A stretch of DNA of 64,000 nt from Nitrospirota bacterium (GTDB lineage Bacteria; Nitrospirota; Nitrospiria; Nitrospirales; Nitrospiraceae). A model generated the notes under the pieces. It was not told the origin of the DNA. It searched no databases and saw only the letters and a list, made by a program, of their open reading frames with translations. The translations under genes were made by a program, and so were the position numbers. The stretch is from NCBI GenBank assembly GCA_004296885.1, contig SCVN01000018.1, positions 2,980 through 66,979 of the forward strand, given 5' to 3'. This document shows positions 19,288 through 28,785 of the stretch, in pieces; position 1 is the stretch's first letter; each line of letters opens with the position of its first letter.

Positions 19288-20507
19288 TGACCGGCAACCT
19301 GGCGGCGGCCTGGGGAGCGAGACTGGCGGGGGTGGATTACATCCCGGCCTTTCCCATCACGCCCCAGACGGAAATCGTGGAGGCGCTGGCCGAGTGGTGC
19401 GACTGCGGGGCGATGCCGGCGCGGTTCGTGATGATGGATTCCGAACATTCCATGATGACGGCGGCCGGGGCCGGCGCCGCGACGGGAGCGCGGGTCTTCA
19501 CCGCGACCTCCAGCCAGGGGCTGTTGCATGCCTTCGAAGTGCTCTATTCGGTCGCCGGCTGGCGCGTGCCGCTCGTGCTGGTCAACGTCTCGCGCGCGCT
19601 GGCCGCGCCGATCACGCTGGAGCCGGATCACAACGATGTGCTGGCCGCGCGGGATGCCGGCTTTCTCCAGATCCACGCCGAGACCTGCCAGGAAGTGCTG
19701 GATTCCATCCTGATGGCCTATCGCATCGCGGAGGATGAGCGGGTGATGCTGCCGGTGCTCGTCAATCTGGACGGGTTCTATCTCTCGTTCACGCGCGAGC
19801 CGGTGATCGTACCCGATCCCGAGAAAGTGGCGGCGTTCCTCCCGCCGTTCCGTCCCGCCCATCTCGGCTTCAAAGCGTCCGCGCCTCATGCCTTGGGTGT
19901 GGCGGTCCTGGGCGGGACACCCTATACCTATTTCCGCCACCAGATGCACCTGGCCGCCATGAATGCCTTGCAGGTCCACCGGGAAGCTGCCGCCGATTTC
20001 GAGCGGCTGTTCGGGCGGCGGTACGATGTGGTGGAAGGCTATCGACTGGACGATGCGGAAGACGTCCTGGTCATGAGCAACGCCTTCGCGACCAAGGGGA
20101 GGGCGGCGGTGGACGCGGCGCGGGCCAAGGGCCGGCGGGTCGGGCTCCTGCGCCTGCGGGTCATCCGCCCCTGGCCAGCGGAGGCCATCGTGGCTGCATT
20201 GCGCGGCCGGCGGGCGGTGGGTGTGCTGGATCAGAACCTCGCGCCGGGCCTGGGGGGCATTCTCGTGCAGGAAATCGCCGCGACGCTGTATCACGATCCG
20301 GAACGGCCGAAGGCGATCTGTTCGTTTATCGGCGGGCTGGGCGGCAAGAATATTCACGAGGGGGAGTTTGACGCGATCGTCGCCCGGATGGAGCAGGCAG
20401 GCAAGGCCGGTCGAGGAGAAGGCCCGGTGCTGCTCTATACCGAAGCCGAACATCGCGAGATGGCACAGTTGCAGGTTCTGGCCTCTGCATCAAGAGCTGA
20501 TCGTTGA
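19272..20507 (+). CDS. porA: Pyruvate/2-oxoacid:ferredoxin oxidoreductase alpha subunit
   Basis: N-terminus GNLAAAWGARLAGVDYIPAFPITPQTEIVE is typical of POR alpha. The start could be 19272, 19284 or 19287. It overlaps the gamma-delta gene's end. Confidence 0.9.
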   Translation: MAGEMMTGNLAAAWGARLAGVDYIPAFPITPQTEIVEALAEWCDCGAMPARFVMMDSEHSMMTAAGAGAATGARVFTATSSQGLLHAFEVLYSVAGWRVPLVLVNVSRALAAPITLEPDHNDVLAARDAGFLQIHAETCQEVLDSILMAYRIAEDERVMLPVLVNLDGFYLSFTREPVIVPDPEKVAAFLPPFRPAHLGFKASAPHALGVAVLGGTPYTYFRHQMHLAAMNALQVHREAAADFERLFGRRYDVVEGYRLDDAEDVLVMSNAFATKGRAAVDAARAKGRRVGLLRLRVIRPWPAEAIVAALRGRRAVGVLDQNLAPGLGGILVQEIAATLYHDPERPKAICSFIGGLGGKNIHEGEFDAIVARMEQAGKAGRGEGPVLLYTEAEHREMAQLQVLASASRADR

Positions 20508-20532
20508 TGGCTCATCACTGAGAGCTTCTGTC

Positions 20533-21465
20533 ATGCCCTGGCAACGCGAGACGTTTAAAAAGATCAAACAGATTCCCCGCGAGGAGCATGTGCTGCCCGG
20601 CACGTCCCTCTGCGCCGGCTGCGGAGGATTGGAAGCGCTGCGGCTGGCCGCGAAGGTACTCGGCGACGATGTCGTGTATGTGAATGCCGCCGGCTGTTTC
20701 ACGATGCTGGCGGCCTATCCTTTCACGCCGTTCAAGGGATCGTGGCTCTATACCACGATGGGCTCGGCGCCGGCCGGCGCACAGGGGGTGCGCGACGCAT
20801 TGGATGTGTTGATCGCCAAAGGGCGGCTGCCCCAGCGCGACGATCTCAAAGTCGTGGTGCTCGGCGGAGACGGATCGACCTACGACATGGCCCTGTCCTC
20901 CACTTCCGGGGCCATTTATCGTGGCCTCGATTTCTATTATTTCTGCTACGACAACGAGGCCTACGGCAACACCGGGGTGCAGCTCTCGGCCGCGACGCCG
21001 TACGGCGCGCGGACGACGACCTCGCCCTGCAGCCTGCAGCATCCCGCCGGCACGATCCAGGAGAAGAAGGACATCTTCGAGATCTGGCGCGCACACAAGC
21101 CGCCCTATATCGCCACGGTCGCCCCGCGCTATCCGCTGGATCTGGCCGAGAAGTTTGCGCGCGCCGCGACATTCACAGGGCCCAAACTCTTTCTCGCCCT
21201 CTCCGCCTGCCCGACCGGCTGGCTCTACGATCCGGGCGAGACGCCGGAGGTCGCCAAGCTGGCGGTGGAAACCGGTCTATGGCCGTTGAAGGAAGCGATC
21301 AACGGGGCAGTCACCCACACCTACCTTCCCAAGCGTAAGCCGGTGGAAGAGTACCTCAAGTTACAGGGCCGGTTCCGGCATCTGTTCGAACCGACGAAGC
21401 AGGAGGAGGCGATCCGCCACATCCAGGAGCGCGTGGACGCCTATTGGCAACGGGTGACCGTATGA
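20533..21465 (+). CDS. porB: Pyruvate/2-oxoacid:ferredoxin oxidoreductase beta subunit (TPP-binding)
   Basis: Motifs LCAGCGG and VLGGDGSTYDMALSS (TPP motif). Confidence 0.9.
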   Translation: MPWQRETFKKIKQIPREEHVLPGTSLCAGCGGLEALRLAAKVLGDDVVYVNAAGCFTMLAAYPFTPFKGSWLYTTMGSAPAGAQGVRDALDVLIAKGRLPQRDDLKVVVLGGDGSTYDMALSSTSGAIYRGLDFYYFCYDNEAYGNTGVQLSAATPYGARTTTSPCSLQHPAGTIQEKKDIFEIWRAHKPPYIATVAPRYPLDLAEKFARAATFTGPKLFLALSACPTGWLYDPGETPEVAKLAVETGLWPLKEAINGAVTHTYLPKRKPVEEYLKLQGRFRHLFEPTKQEEAIRHIQERVDAYWQRVTV

Positions 21466-22013
21466 GCGTCCCGCGGCGTCCCGGACTATCGGTGGTCGTG
21501 GTATTGCTGGCGCTGGGCTCCGTGAGTGCGAGCGCGTCAGGCGCCTCGGCCACCGAGCGGCACATGATGCAACCGTTGGTGCCAGCAGACCAACTCGAAC
21601 CGGCCAGAGCCATGGCCAACCCGCTTCCCGATGCATCCGAGACCATCGAGAGGGGCAAAGCTCTCTACGAAGGCAAGGGCGCCTGTTTCAACTGTCACGG
21701 CAAGAGCGGGCAGGGCGATGGACCGGCAGCGATGGGACTCGATCCTTCCCCGCGGAACTTTCATCACCATGGATTCTGGCGCCATCGCACGGAGGGCGAA
21801 CTCTTCTGGGTGATCAAGCACGGATCGGCCGGCACCAGTATGATCGGCTTCGGCAACGTCCTGTCCGATGACGAGATCTGGAGCCTGATCCGTTACCTGC
21901 GTACCTTCGCCGGAGGTCATGGGCCTGGCAAAGGCATGGGCCCAGGCCGCGGCAAGGACCGCATGGGGCCCAGAGGGGCAGGCTGTTGCGGAGGGGAGAC
22001 GGGCGACCGATGA
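21462..22013 (+). CDS. Class I c-type cytochrome with a Gly/Met/Cys-rich C-terminal tail
   Basis: Signal peptide and CFNCHGKSGQGDG, with tail GGHGPGKGMGPGRGKDRMGPRGAGCCGG. ATGA overlap with the porB stop. Confidence 0.8.
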   Translation: MSVPRRPGLSVVVVLLALGSVSASASGASATERHMMQPLVPADQLEPARAMANPLPDASETIERGKALYEGKGACFNCHGKSGQGDGPAAMGLDPSPRNFHHHGFWRHRTEGELFWVIKHGSAGTSMIGFGNVLSDDEIWSLIRYLRTFAGGHGPGKGMGPGRGKDRMGPRGAGCCGGETGDR

Positions 22014-22480
22014 ACCGCTCATTGTTGTACGAGGTCGTGGTCGTGGTCGGATTGTGCGGAGCCCTGGCCGGCTGCGCACCGGTCGTCCAGGAGCACCCCC
22101 CGGTTACGACCCCCGATGCCAGAACGGCGCTCGGGCTGACGGCGCAGGACAGTCGCGAGCATCGCGCCGTGATGCTCCAACATCTGGAGACAGTGCAGGC
22201 GATCGTGGCGGCGCTGGCCGAGGAGGACTTCGTGCGGGCCCAAGGGCTCACCGAGGCCCATCTCGGATTTTTCATGCACCGGCAGGCGATGGCCGGACAA
22301 CATCCTGAATCCTTCCCACCGGCCTACCACGACCTCGCCATGGCCCATCACGAAGCGGCTGAAGCCCTGGCCAGGACGATGCCCTCGCGCGATCTGAAAC
22401 AGATTCTTCCGAAGCTCGACGGGGTGTTGAAAGCCTGCGTCGCCTGCCATCTCTCATTCAAAGTCAACGAGAGAAGTTAG
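22010..22480 (+). CDS. Lipoprotein cytochrome with C-terminal CXXCH (c-prime-like)
   Basis: Lipobox LAGC and CVACH 11 residues from the C-terminus. Paralogous in layout to 8899-9375. ATGA overlap with the preceding gene. Confidence 0.7.
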   Translation: MNRSLLYEVVVVVGLCGALAGCAPVVQEHPPVTTPDARTALGLTAQDSREHRAVMLQHLETVQAIVAALAEEDFVRAQGLTEAHLGFFMHRQAMAGQHPESFPPAYHDLAMAHHEAAEALARTMPSRDLKQILPKLDGVLKACVACHLSFKVNERS

Positions 22481-25254
22481 ACGGATCCAGCAGGAGAGGC
22501 GTTCAGAACCGGCTCCACCCTGATCCTGGCATCCACGATCCGGCACCCTTCGCCCGGCGGCAACGCGAAGAGAGGGTTCAGGTCCACCTCCGTGATCTCG
22601 GGAATCTCCTCGACCAACCGCGACACCCGCAGCAACACCTCTTCGATCGCCTCGAGATCGGCCGGGGGATGGCCACGGTAGCCTTCGAGGAGCGGGAAGC
22701 CGCGGATGCTCCGGACCATCTCGCGCGCGTCCCGGTCGGTCAGGGGCGTGATGCGAAAACAGACATCGCGGAGGATTTCGACGTGGATGCCGCCGAGCCC
22801 GAACGCGATCAACGGTCCGAACAGCGGGTCATGCGTCACCCCCACCATCAGCTCGACGCCCCCCGATACCATCGGCTGCACGATCACCCCGTCCATGGCA
22901 TCAAGCCGGTTGTCCAGGGCCAGCCGGTCGCGGATCCGCGCAAAGGCCCGGCGCACCGCATCCATGTCCTGCAGGTTCAGTATGACCCCGCCGACTTCCG
23001 TTTTGTGGACCAACGTGCGTGAGGCCAGCTTCATTGCCACAGGAAATCCCACGTGCCGGGCCATCGACGCCGCTTCGTCCATCGTCCGCGCCAGCCCGCC
23101 CGGCGCCACCGGCAGCCGGATGGACGTCAGCACGACCTTCGTTTCTTCGGCCGATAGCCATCCGATGCCCCGCTCCTCAATGGCGCGGCGGCACAACCGC
23201 CGCACCGGCTCCAGATCCAGATCGTCGAAATCGGGGATCATGCCGAGCGGCTGGGCCCGCCAGTCCGCATAGGCCGCCGTTTTGCTCAGCACCAGCGCCG
23301 GCGTCTCGGGAAACTCGTAGACGGGGATGCTGAGGCGGGCCAGTTCGTCCGGGCCGGACGTCTGTTCCTCCTCCCCCATCCAGCAGACCAGCACCGGGAG
23401 GAGCGGGGCCTGGTCCGTTCCCGATGCGACTCCGTCCCGGATCGCCTGCGCCAGGCTCCGTGGATCGAGCGCCCCCGCCGAGACGTACAAGACGATCAGC
23501 GCATCCACTTCGCCGGACCCGGCGATGACCGTCAGCGCCTGCCGAAAATCTTCCGCGCGAGCCGAGGCGATCAAATCCACGGGATTCGCGAGTCCCGCCG
23601 TCGGAGGGAGGAACGAAGCCAATTGCGCCTGCGTCCGCTCGGAAAACGCGGATACCAGGAGACCGCCCGCTTCGCACCGATCGGCGCAGAGGATGGCCGG
23701 GCCGCCCGCGTTGGTCACGATCGCCACCCGCCGGCCCTTCGGGAGCGGCTGCGCACCCAAGGCCACGGCCAACGCAAACAGTTCTTCCAACGTGTCGGCG
23801 CGAATCACGCCGGCCTGGTGGAACAGGGCATCCACGGCCACATCGCTAGCGGCCAACGCGGCCGTATGGGACCCGGCGGCACGGCGACCGGCGCTGGTCC
23901 GGCCCCCCTTGACCGCCACGATGGGCTTGCGCCTCGCCACGCGCCGCGCGATGCGCGCGAAGCGGCGAGGGTTGCCGAAGGACTCCTGGTAGAGGAGGAT
24001 CACGTCGGTGCGCGGGTCTTCTTCCCAATATTGCAGGAGGTCGTTGCTGGAGACATCGGCCTTGTTGCCGACGCTCACGAAGGTGGAGAGGCCGAGGCGC
24101 AGCCGCTTCGCCGCCGCCAGGACGGCCAGTCCCAGCGCACCGCTTTGCGAGGCCATGGCCACGCCCCCGGCCGGCGGGAAGATCGGGGAGAACGAGGCGT
24201 TGAGACGGACCGACGGATCGGTATTGATCAGGCCCAGGCAATTGGGTCCGACCATCCGCATGCCGGAGCCCCGCACGGCGCCGAGCAGCCGGTCTTGCCG
24301 CGCCCGGCCTTCGGCTCCCACTTCGGCAAAGCCGGCCGTGATCACGACGAGGGCCCGGACGCCTCGTGCCGCACAGTCCTCCACGACGACCGGCAGGGCC
24401 GGCGGCGGCACGGCGATCACCGCCAGATCGACCGGGTCGGGAATCGCCCGCACGGAGGGATAGGCCTGGAAGCCGGCGATGGTCTGCGTCTGAGGGTTGA
24501 CGGGATACAGGGCCCCGGCAAACGAAGCGGCGCGCAGCGCCGCCAGCAGCCGCCCGCCGATGGAAGCCGGGTCCCGCGAGGCGCCGACCACTGCCACGGA
24601 GCGGGGATGGAAAAAGGGACGCAGGGACGCAGTCGTCGCGAGACGCTCCCGCAGCTCCGACCGTTCCACTCCGGCCGCCGTAGACAGCAACGACAACTCC
24701 ACCTCCATGTCACCGCCCTCCAGTGCCTCGTGCGTCGTAAAGCCGGACTCCCGAAACACCTCGCGCATGGCCAGGTTGTCCGCATGCGTCACGGCCCAGA
24801 GCCGGACGTACCCCTGCCGAACGGCCAGCAGCGCCAGCTGCTCCAGCAGCAGCGTGCCCAACCCCTTGCCATGCAAGGCGCCATCCACCGCCATCGCGAC
24901 CTCCGCAGTCCGGTCGTCTTTGGCCATATAGGACCCGGCAGCGATGATACATGGGGCGCCCTCGACTGTGCGCGTGACCAGCAGCGTCATCAACGCATGG
25001 GGATCGGAGGTGTCGCAAAGGGCGGCGATCAGGGAAGGCGAGGGGACAGTTTCAGAAAAAAACCGATGACGCTTGGCTTCAGACGAGAGACGATCGACGA
25101 AAGCTTGCAGACTGGGTTGATCGTCGGGCCCGGCCGGTCGAATGAGAGCCGTCGTGCCGTCCCGAAGGATCAGGTATCCAGCACCGGCCGGTCTCCAGCC
25201 AAAGTCCTGCAAGGAAGGGGGAAGAAAGAGCGGACGCACATGAGAAGGAGCCAT
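22477..25254 (-). CDS. GNAT acetyltransferase fused to an NDP-forming acetyl-CoA synthetase-like protein (Pat-like, GNAT N-terminal)
   Basis: 925 aa. N-terminal GNAT (HGKGLGTLLLEQL), then a CoA-binding domain, a succinyl-CoA-synthetase-like domain with GSHTAALA, and a C-terminal ATP-grasp. Confidence 0.85.
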   Translation of the reverse strand: MAPSHVRPLFLPPSLQDFGWRPAGAGYLILRDGTTALIRPAGPDDQPSLQAFVDRLSSEAKRHRFFSETVPSPSLIAALCDTSDPHALMTLLVTRTVEGAPCIIAAGSYMAKDDRTAEVAMAVDGALHGKGLGTLLLEQLALLAVRQGYVRLWAVTHADNLAMREVFRESGFTTHEALEGGDMEVELSLLSTAAGVERSELRERLATTASLRPFFHPRSVAVVGASRDPASIGGRLLAALRAASFAGALYPVNPQTQTIAGFQAYPSVRAIPDPVDLAVIAVPPPALPVVVEDCAARGVRALVVITAGFAEVGAEGRARQDRLLGAVRGSGMRMVGPNCLGLINTDPSVRLNASFSPIFPPAGGVAMASQSGALGLAVLAAAKRLRLGLSTFVSVGNKADVSSNDLLQYWEEDPRTDVILLYQESFGNPRRFARIARRVARRKPIVAVKGGRTSAGRRAAGSHTAALAASDVAVDALFHQAGVIRADTLEELFALAVALGAQPLPKGRRVAIVTNAGGPAILCADRCEAGGLLVSAFSERTQAQLASFLPPTAGLANPVDLIASARAEDFRQALTVIAGSGEVDALIVLYVSAGALDPRSLAQAIRDGVASGTDQAPLLPVLVCWMGEEEQTSGPDELARLSIPVYEFPETPALVLSKTAAYADWRAQPLGMIPDFDDLDLEPVRRLCRRAIEERGIGWLSAEETKVVLTSIRLPVAPGGLARTMDEAASMARHVGFPVAMKLASRTLVHKTEVGGVILNLQDMDAVRRAFARIRDRLALDNRLDAMDGVIVQPMVSGGVELMVGVTHDPLFGPLIAFGLGGIHVEILRDVCFRITPLTDRDAREMVRSIRGFPLLEGYRGHPPADLEAIEEVLLRVSRLVEEIPEITEVDLNPLFALPPGEGCRIVDARIRVEPVLNASPAGSV

Positions 25255-25398
25255 CCGTCACATTCTCCGCACAGAGCTATGTCGTACCGCCGTTGCGAAA
25301 CGGATCCACGCGGTGAGGATGCTTGCGACCGCTCTTTTTCCAATCATTCCAGGTACTGGCGGCGCTCTTCATCCTTCGGTTCATAGGCAGAGACCTTA

Positions 25399-26376
25399 CT
25401 AAAACTTAGACACCGCAAGCATGATGTAGTAGAGCAACAGCCCCAAAAGTATCAGCAAGGGCATCAGCCGCAGCCAATCCCGGCTCCAGAAGAACCAGGA
25501 GCGGGCATAATCCAGCTTGGTTTTATGAGGTTGCGCCAGCGGTCTGATGATCGTCGTCCGGGCCACGGTGGCCACCGGTTGCGAGAAGCGGACTCCGCCG
25601 AAACTATCCCTGCCTGGCTTGGGGAAAGAACTGAGCGTTATGGCCTCGCCCTGGGCCCCACCCGAACGGCTCACCGGTTCGGCGGCGCCCGGCGCCGGTT
25701 TGGGTGGAAGGCTCGGCTCTTTCGCAGGACACAGAGCTTCAGGTTGAGGGCTCGGCGGCACCACCTTCGCTGGTTGCGCCTGCGGTTGGGGACGAGGCGC
25801 CGCAGCGACAGGAGACGCGCCGCACACCTCGGGCAAAGGGGCCTGGAGAACCGACGGCGGTTGGGACGAGGACGGCTCGACGGTCGCCACAGGAGGCGGC
25901 GCCGGGATGTCCGGTCGAGGAGGCAAGGCTGGCGGCCTGAGTTGCCGCTTGAGAATGTTGCTCAGTTCTTTACAGCCCTCCAAGCCCAACAGCAAAATGT
26001 CGTCCAGCGTCAGGATGGACACCAGCCGCCCATCCGCGCCCACAATAGGGAGGCGCCTGATCCCGTGGCGCCCCATCAAGGCGATGGCCGCGCTCACTTC
26101 TTCGTCGGCGCGCATGACCACTGGGCGGGGGGACATGACTTTCCGCACCGGCACAGTCTTTGCCCCCACACCGACCGCCGTGACCCGCACCACGATGTCC
26201 CGATCCGTAACGATGCCGATCGGCCGTCCGTCTTCCACCACGAGGACGGCGCCGACATCACGTGCAACCATTAACTGAGCCACCTCCAAGACCGGCGCCT
26301 CGGGCGGAACCGTATAGACGGTGGCCGCCAGTCCAGGATCTGGAGCGAGGCCGGCTTCTTCCTTGCTCGTCACCAT
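25399..26376 (-). CDS. CBS-pair protein with a Pro-rich linker and C-terminal TM anchor
   Basis: Two CBS motifs (VMVARDVGAVLVVEDGRPIGIVTDRDI; RRLPIVGADGRLVSILTLDDI), about 120 aa of P/A/Q-rich sequence, then LMPLLILLGLLLYYIMLAV. Start taken at MVTSKEE. Confidence 0.7.
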   Translation of the reverse strand: MVTSKEEAGLAPDPGLAATVYTVPPEAPVLEVAQLMVARDVGAVLVVEDGRPIGIVTDRDIVVRVTAVGVGAKTVPVRKVMSPRPVVMRADEEVSAAIALMGRHGIRRLPIVGADGRLVSILTLDDILLLGLEGCKELSNILKRQLRPPALPPRPDIPAPPPVATVEPSSSQPPSVLQAPLPEVCGASPVAAAPRPQPQAQPAKVVPPSPQPEALCPAKEPSLPPKPAPGAAEPVSRSGGAQGEAITLSSFPKPGRDSFGGVRFSQPVATVARTTIIRPLAQPHKTKLDYARSWFFWSRDWLRLMPLLILLGLLLYYIMLAVSKF

Positions 26377-26596
26377 AGGACCGGTTTTGGTTGGACGATC
26401 GGCACAAGACCGAGGCGTTCCAAGACAGCCCTCCCACCGACTGGCGTCTGTTCCTGCCCGTGTACGTTCCCGAAGTCGTCGCCAGCCGTGCGCGCCATTG
26501 TACACGGCTCCTTGACCGGAGTACAGCCAACGCTCTAGTTGGTGCAACGTAAGGGGTGAGGGGTAGATGGGCGGCCGGAGCACGACGGCGAGACGT

Positions 26597-26962
26597 TCAG
26601 CTCACGGCATCGAAGGGCGCCATCAGGCGAATATAGGAGACCACATCTTTGATCTGCTCGTCCGTCAACCGACCACGCCAGCCATGCATGGGCGAAAACA
26701 GCACCCCATGGGTCACGGCAACGAGCAGTTCCCAGTCCGACTTGGACCGGGATTTCAGCGCCTGCAGGTTGGTCGGCGCCACGATCAAATAAGGCGCATC
26801 GGGCCCCTTGCCGTCCAGCGCCAGCCCGTGGCAGCGGAGGCAATGCTGTTCATAGACAGCCTGGCCGCTCTTTGTATTGCCCCGAAAATCCTGGGCGGCC
26901 ACCCAGGAATGGCCGAGGAGGATCGCGACGAAACCGAGAACCAGCGTGTGTGTCGTCTTCAT
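26597..26962 (-). CDS. Class I c-type cytochrome (monoheme)
   Basis: Signal peptide and CLRCHGLALDGKG. RBS AAGGAGAG lies before ATG 26962. Confidence 0.8.
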   Translation of the reverse strand: MKTTHTLVLGFVAILLGHSWVAAQDFRGNTKSGQAVYEQHCLRCHGLALDGKGPDAPYLIVAPTNLQALKSRSKSDWELLVAVTHGVLFSPMHGWRGRLTDEQIKDVVSYIRLMAPFDAVS

Positions 26963-27003
26963 GAGTCTCTCCTTATGATGGACATAGACCGTGCCCGCGT
27001 CTC

Positions 27004-28728
27004 TTAGGCGGTCAGTTCCGCATAATGAGCGGCGACGGTTTGCCTGAACGCTTCCCGAAGTTCTTCCCCCTGCAATTGCCGGTTGGAGAGCTTCCGCAGC
27101 CGCGCGGCCAGCTCGGCGTCCCCCAACGCGCCCTCCACCCACCGCACCAGATCCTGGCGCTGATCGTGATATTCCAAGCTCGCGATGGGAAGCGACGGCA
27201 AGAGGTGCAACAACTCATAGAGGCTGGCCGCCTCCTTGCCGAGATCCGTCCGCGCGTCGCGGAATCGAAAGCGTTTCTCCGGCGGCAGCGGCACGTCCAG
27301 ATACTTGTAGTGGTGGCGCGTGTGGGGCACCCGCCGGATCGCCGGACGCAACCGCACCACCGGCCCGCCGCAAAGCAGCGCCGAGCCTGGCGCCAGCGCC
27401 GCCATGTTCACGCTACCCGTGCCGCAGGTTTTGCAATGGCGCTGCACGGCTTGCACCGACTCCGGTTCGGTCATGCGCGTCAACAGACAGTGGTGCATCT
27501 CCCGGAGCACGGCCTGATCCAACCGATCAGGTCTGTAGGAGACAAAGGCCCAGCCTCCTCCCTCCAAGAGGGGCAGGATGCCCGCCGCCACATCCCCATC
27601 GGCCGACAACAGCGATTGCTGCGCCTCTTCCAACACGATCCAATGGGGTCGATACTTGCGCTCCCGTAAGGGGCGCAGCACCCGGACCAGTTCGGCGATA
27701 TAGGCATTGCGCTGCGGAACCGGATACCGGCTCAGATCCAGCACCACCGAGACGCCGGCCGCGTCCAGCAGCGACACGACCGCGGGCGGAGCCGGCAAGG
27801 AGGCCGCATCGCCCTCTAGCGCCAGAAACCGGGGCAGGACCTGCAACCCCCGAAAGTCCCCCTCCGGGTCGATCAGGAGCACCTGATAGCCTTCATGGTG
27901 CAGCCCTTCGGCCAGCAGGCCTACCATCCAGGATTTGCCGGTCCCCGAGTCGCCGAACACCCCCAAGTTCCGCCCGGCCAGGCGCGAGGCAGGGAGCGTC
28001 ACGTCGCGCCCTTCATCGTCCTGCCCCAGAAGAATAGGCCGGTCTCTCCGGAGCGGCATATCGAGATAGCGCCCGGCCAAGGGATAGCGCTCCAGCACCT
28101 CCAGCACTCCGGCCGGCCCGGGCTTGCCCGCCACCACATCGGCCATCTCGCACACGGCCGGGACCGCGTCTTGTACGGCCACGGCGACTTCGGCCAGGGT
28201 CAACATGGACAGGTCGTTCTCCGCGTCTCCGAAGGCGGCCAGATTCCTGGCCGAGAAACCGCACAAAGCCAGCAGCCGCTCCAGACCCGTCCCCTTGGAC
28301 GTTCCCGGCGGCACAACCATCAGGGCCCCCTTATTGTATTCGACCGAGGCTTCGCCCCCGTGGGCGCCGAGCACCTGCCAGACAGCCTGTTCGTGCGGGC
28401 ACCATGTGGCGGCAATCGCCAGACCCCGCTCGAACGGAATACCGGCGTCGGTCAACGCCTTCAGGAGGCGCGGATGGAGTTGGCCGAAGGGCAGGTACAA
28501 CTCGCCGCTCGCCCGGTGCGCCAGCACCGCGCCGTTCTCCCAGACGATGCCGGTGAACAGCTCGGCCAGCGGCCCCAGCGACACCGAATCGAATCGCCGA
28601 CCCGTGACAAGAAAGAGGGCATGCCCCGAATCGCGGCACCGCTCCAGCGCCGACGCCAGCTCGACCGGGACCTTCCCCTCCACCGCGAGCGTCCCGTCGA
28701 AATCGAAGGCCATCACGCGGCGATCCAT
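27004..28728 (-). CDS. HAD-IIB (Cof-type) phosphatase domain fused to a HerA/FtsK-like P-loop ATPase domain
   Basis: HAD motifs FDFDGTL, VTGR and GDAENDL in residues 1-230. Then Walker A GVFGDSGTGKSW, LLIDPEGDF and Walker B-like HWIVLEEAQ, followed by an unassigned ~150-aa C-terminus. Confidence 0.75.
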   Translation of the reverse strand: MDRRVMAFDFDGTLAVEGKVPVELASALERCRDSGHALFLVTGRRFDSVSLGPLAELFTGIVWENGAVLAHRASGELYLPFGQLHPRLLKALTDAGIPFERGLAIAATWCPHEQAVWQVLGAHGGEASVEYNKGALMVVPPGTSKGTGLERLLALCGFSARNLAAFGDAENDLSMLTLAEVAVAVQDAVPAVCEMADVVAGKPGPAGVLEVLERYPLAGRYLDMPLRRDRPILLGQDDEGRDVTLPASRLAGRNLGVFGDSGTGKSWMVGLLAEGLHHEGYQVLLIDPEGDFRGLQVLPRFLALEGDAASLPAPPAVVSLLDAAGVSVVLDLSRYPVPQRNAYIAELVRVLRPLRERKYRPHWIVLEEAQQSLLSADGDVAAGILPLLEGGGWAFVSYRPDRLDQAVLREMHHCLLTRMTEPESVQAVQRHCKTCGTGSVNMAALAPGSALLCGGPVVRLRPAIRRVPHTRHHYKYLDVPLPPEKRFRFRDARTDLGKEAASLYELLHLLPSLPIASLEYHDQRQDLVRWVEGALGDAELAARLRKLSNRQLQGEELREAFRQTVAAHYAELTA

Positions 28729-28785
28729 GCCTGCCTTTCGATGCAGCGCGCCGGTCGGTTAGACCGTCGATCCGTTCGGCTCGGA

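Noticed and set aside
18324-20507. A 727-aa continuous ORF that would make one giant POR protein.
   Set aside because: Its first ~315 codons are an out-of-frame read-through of the gamma-delta gene and translate to Arg/Gly-rich nonsense. Recognisable POR alpha sequence begins only at MAGEMMTGNLAAAWG (19272).
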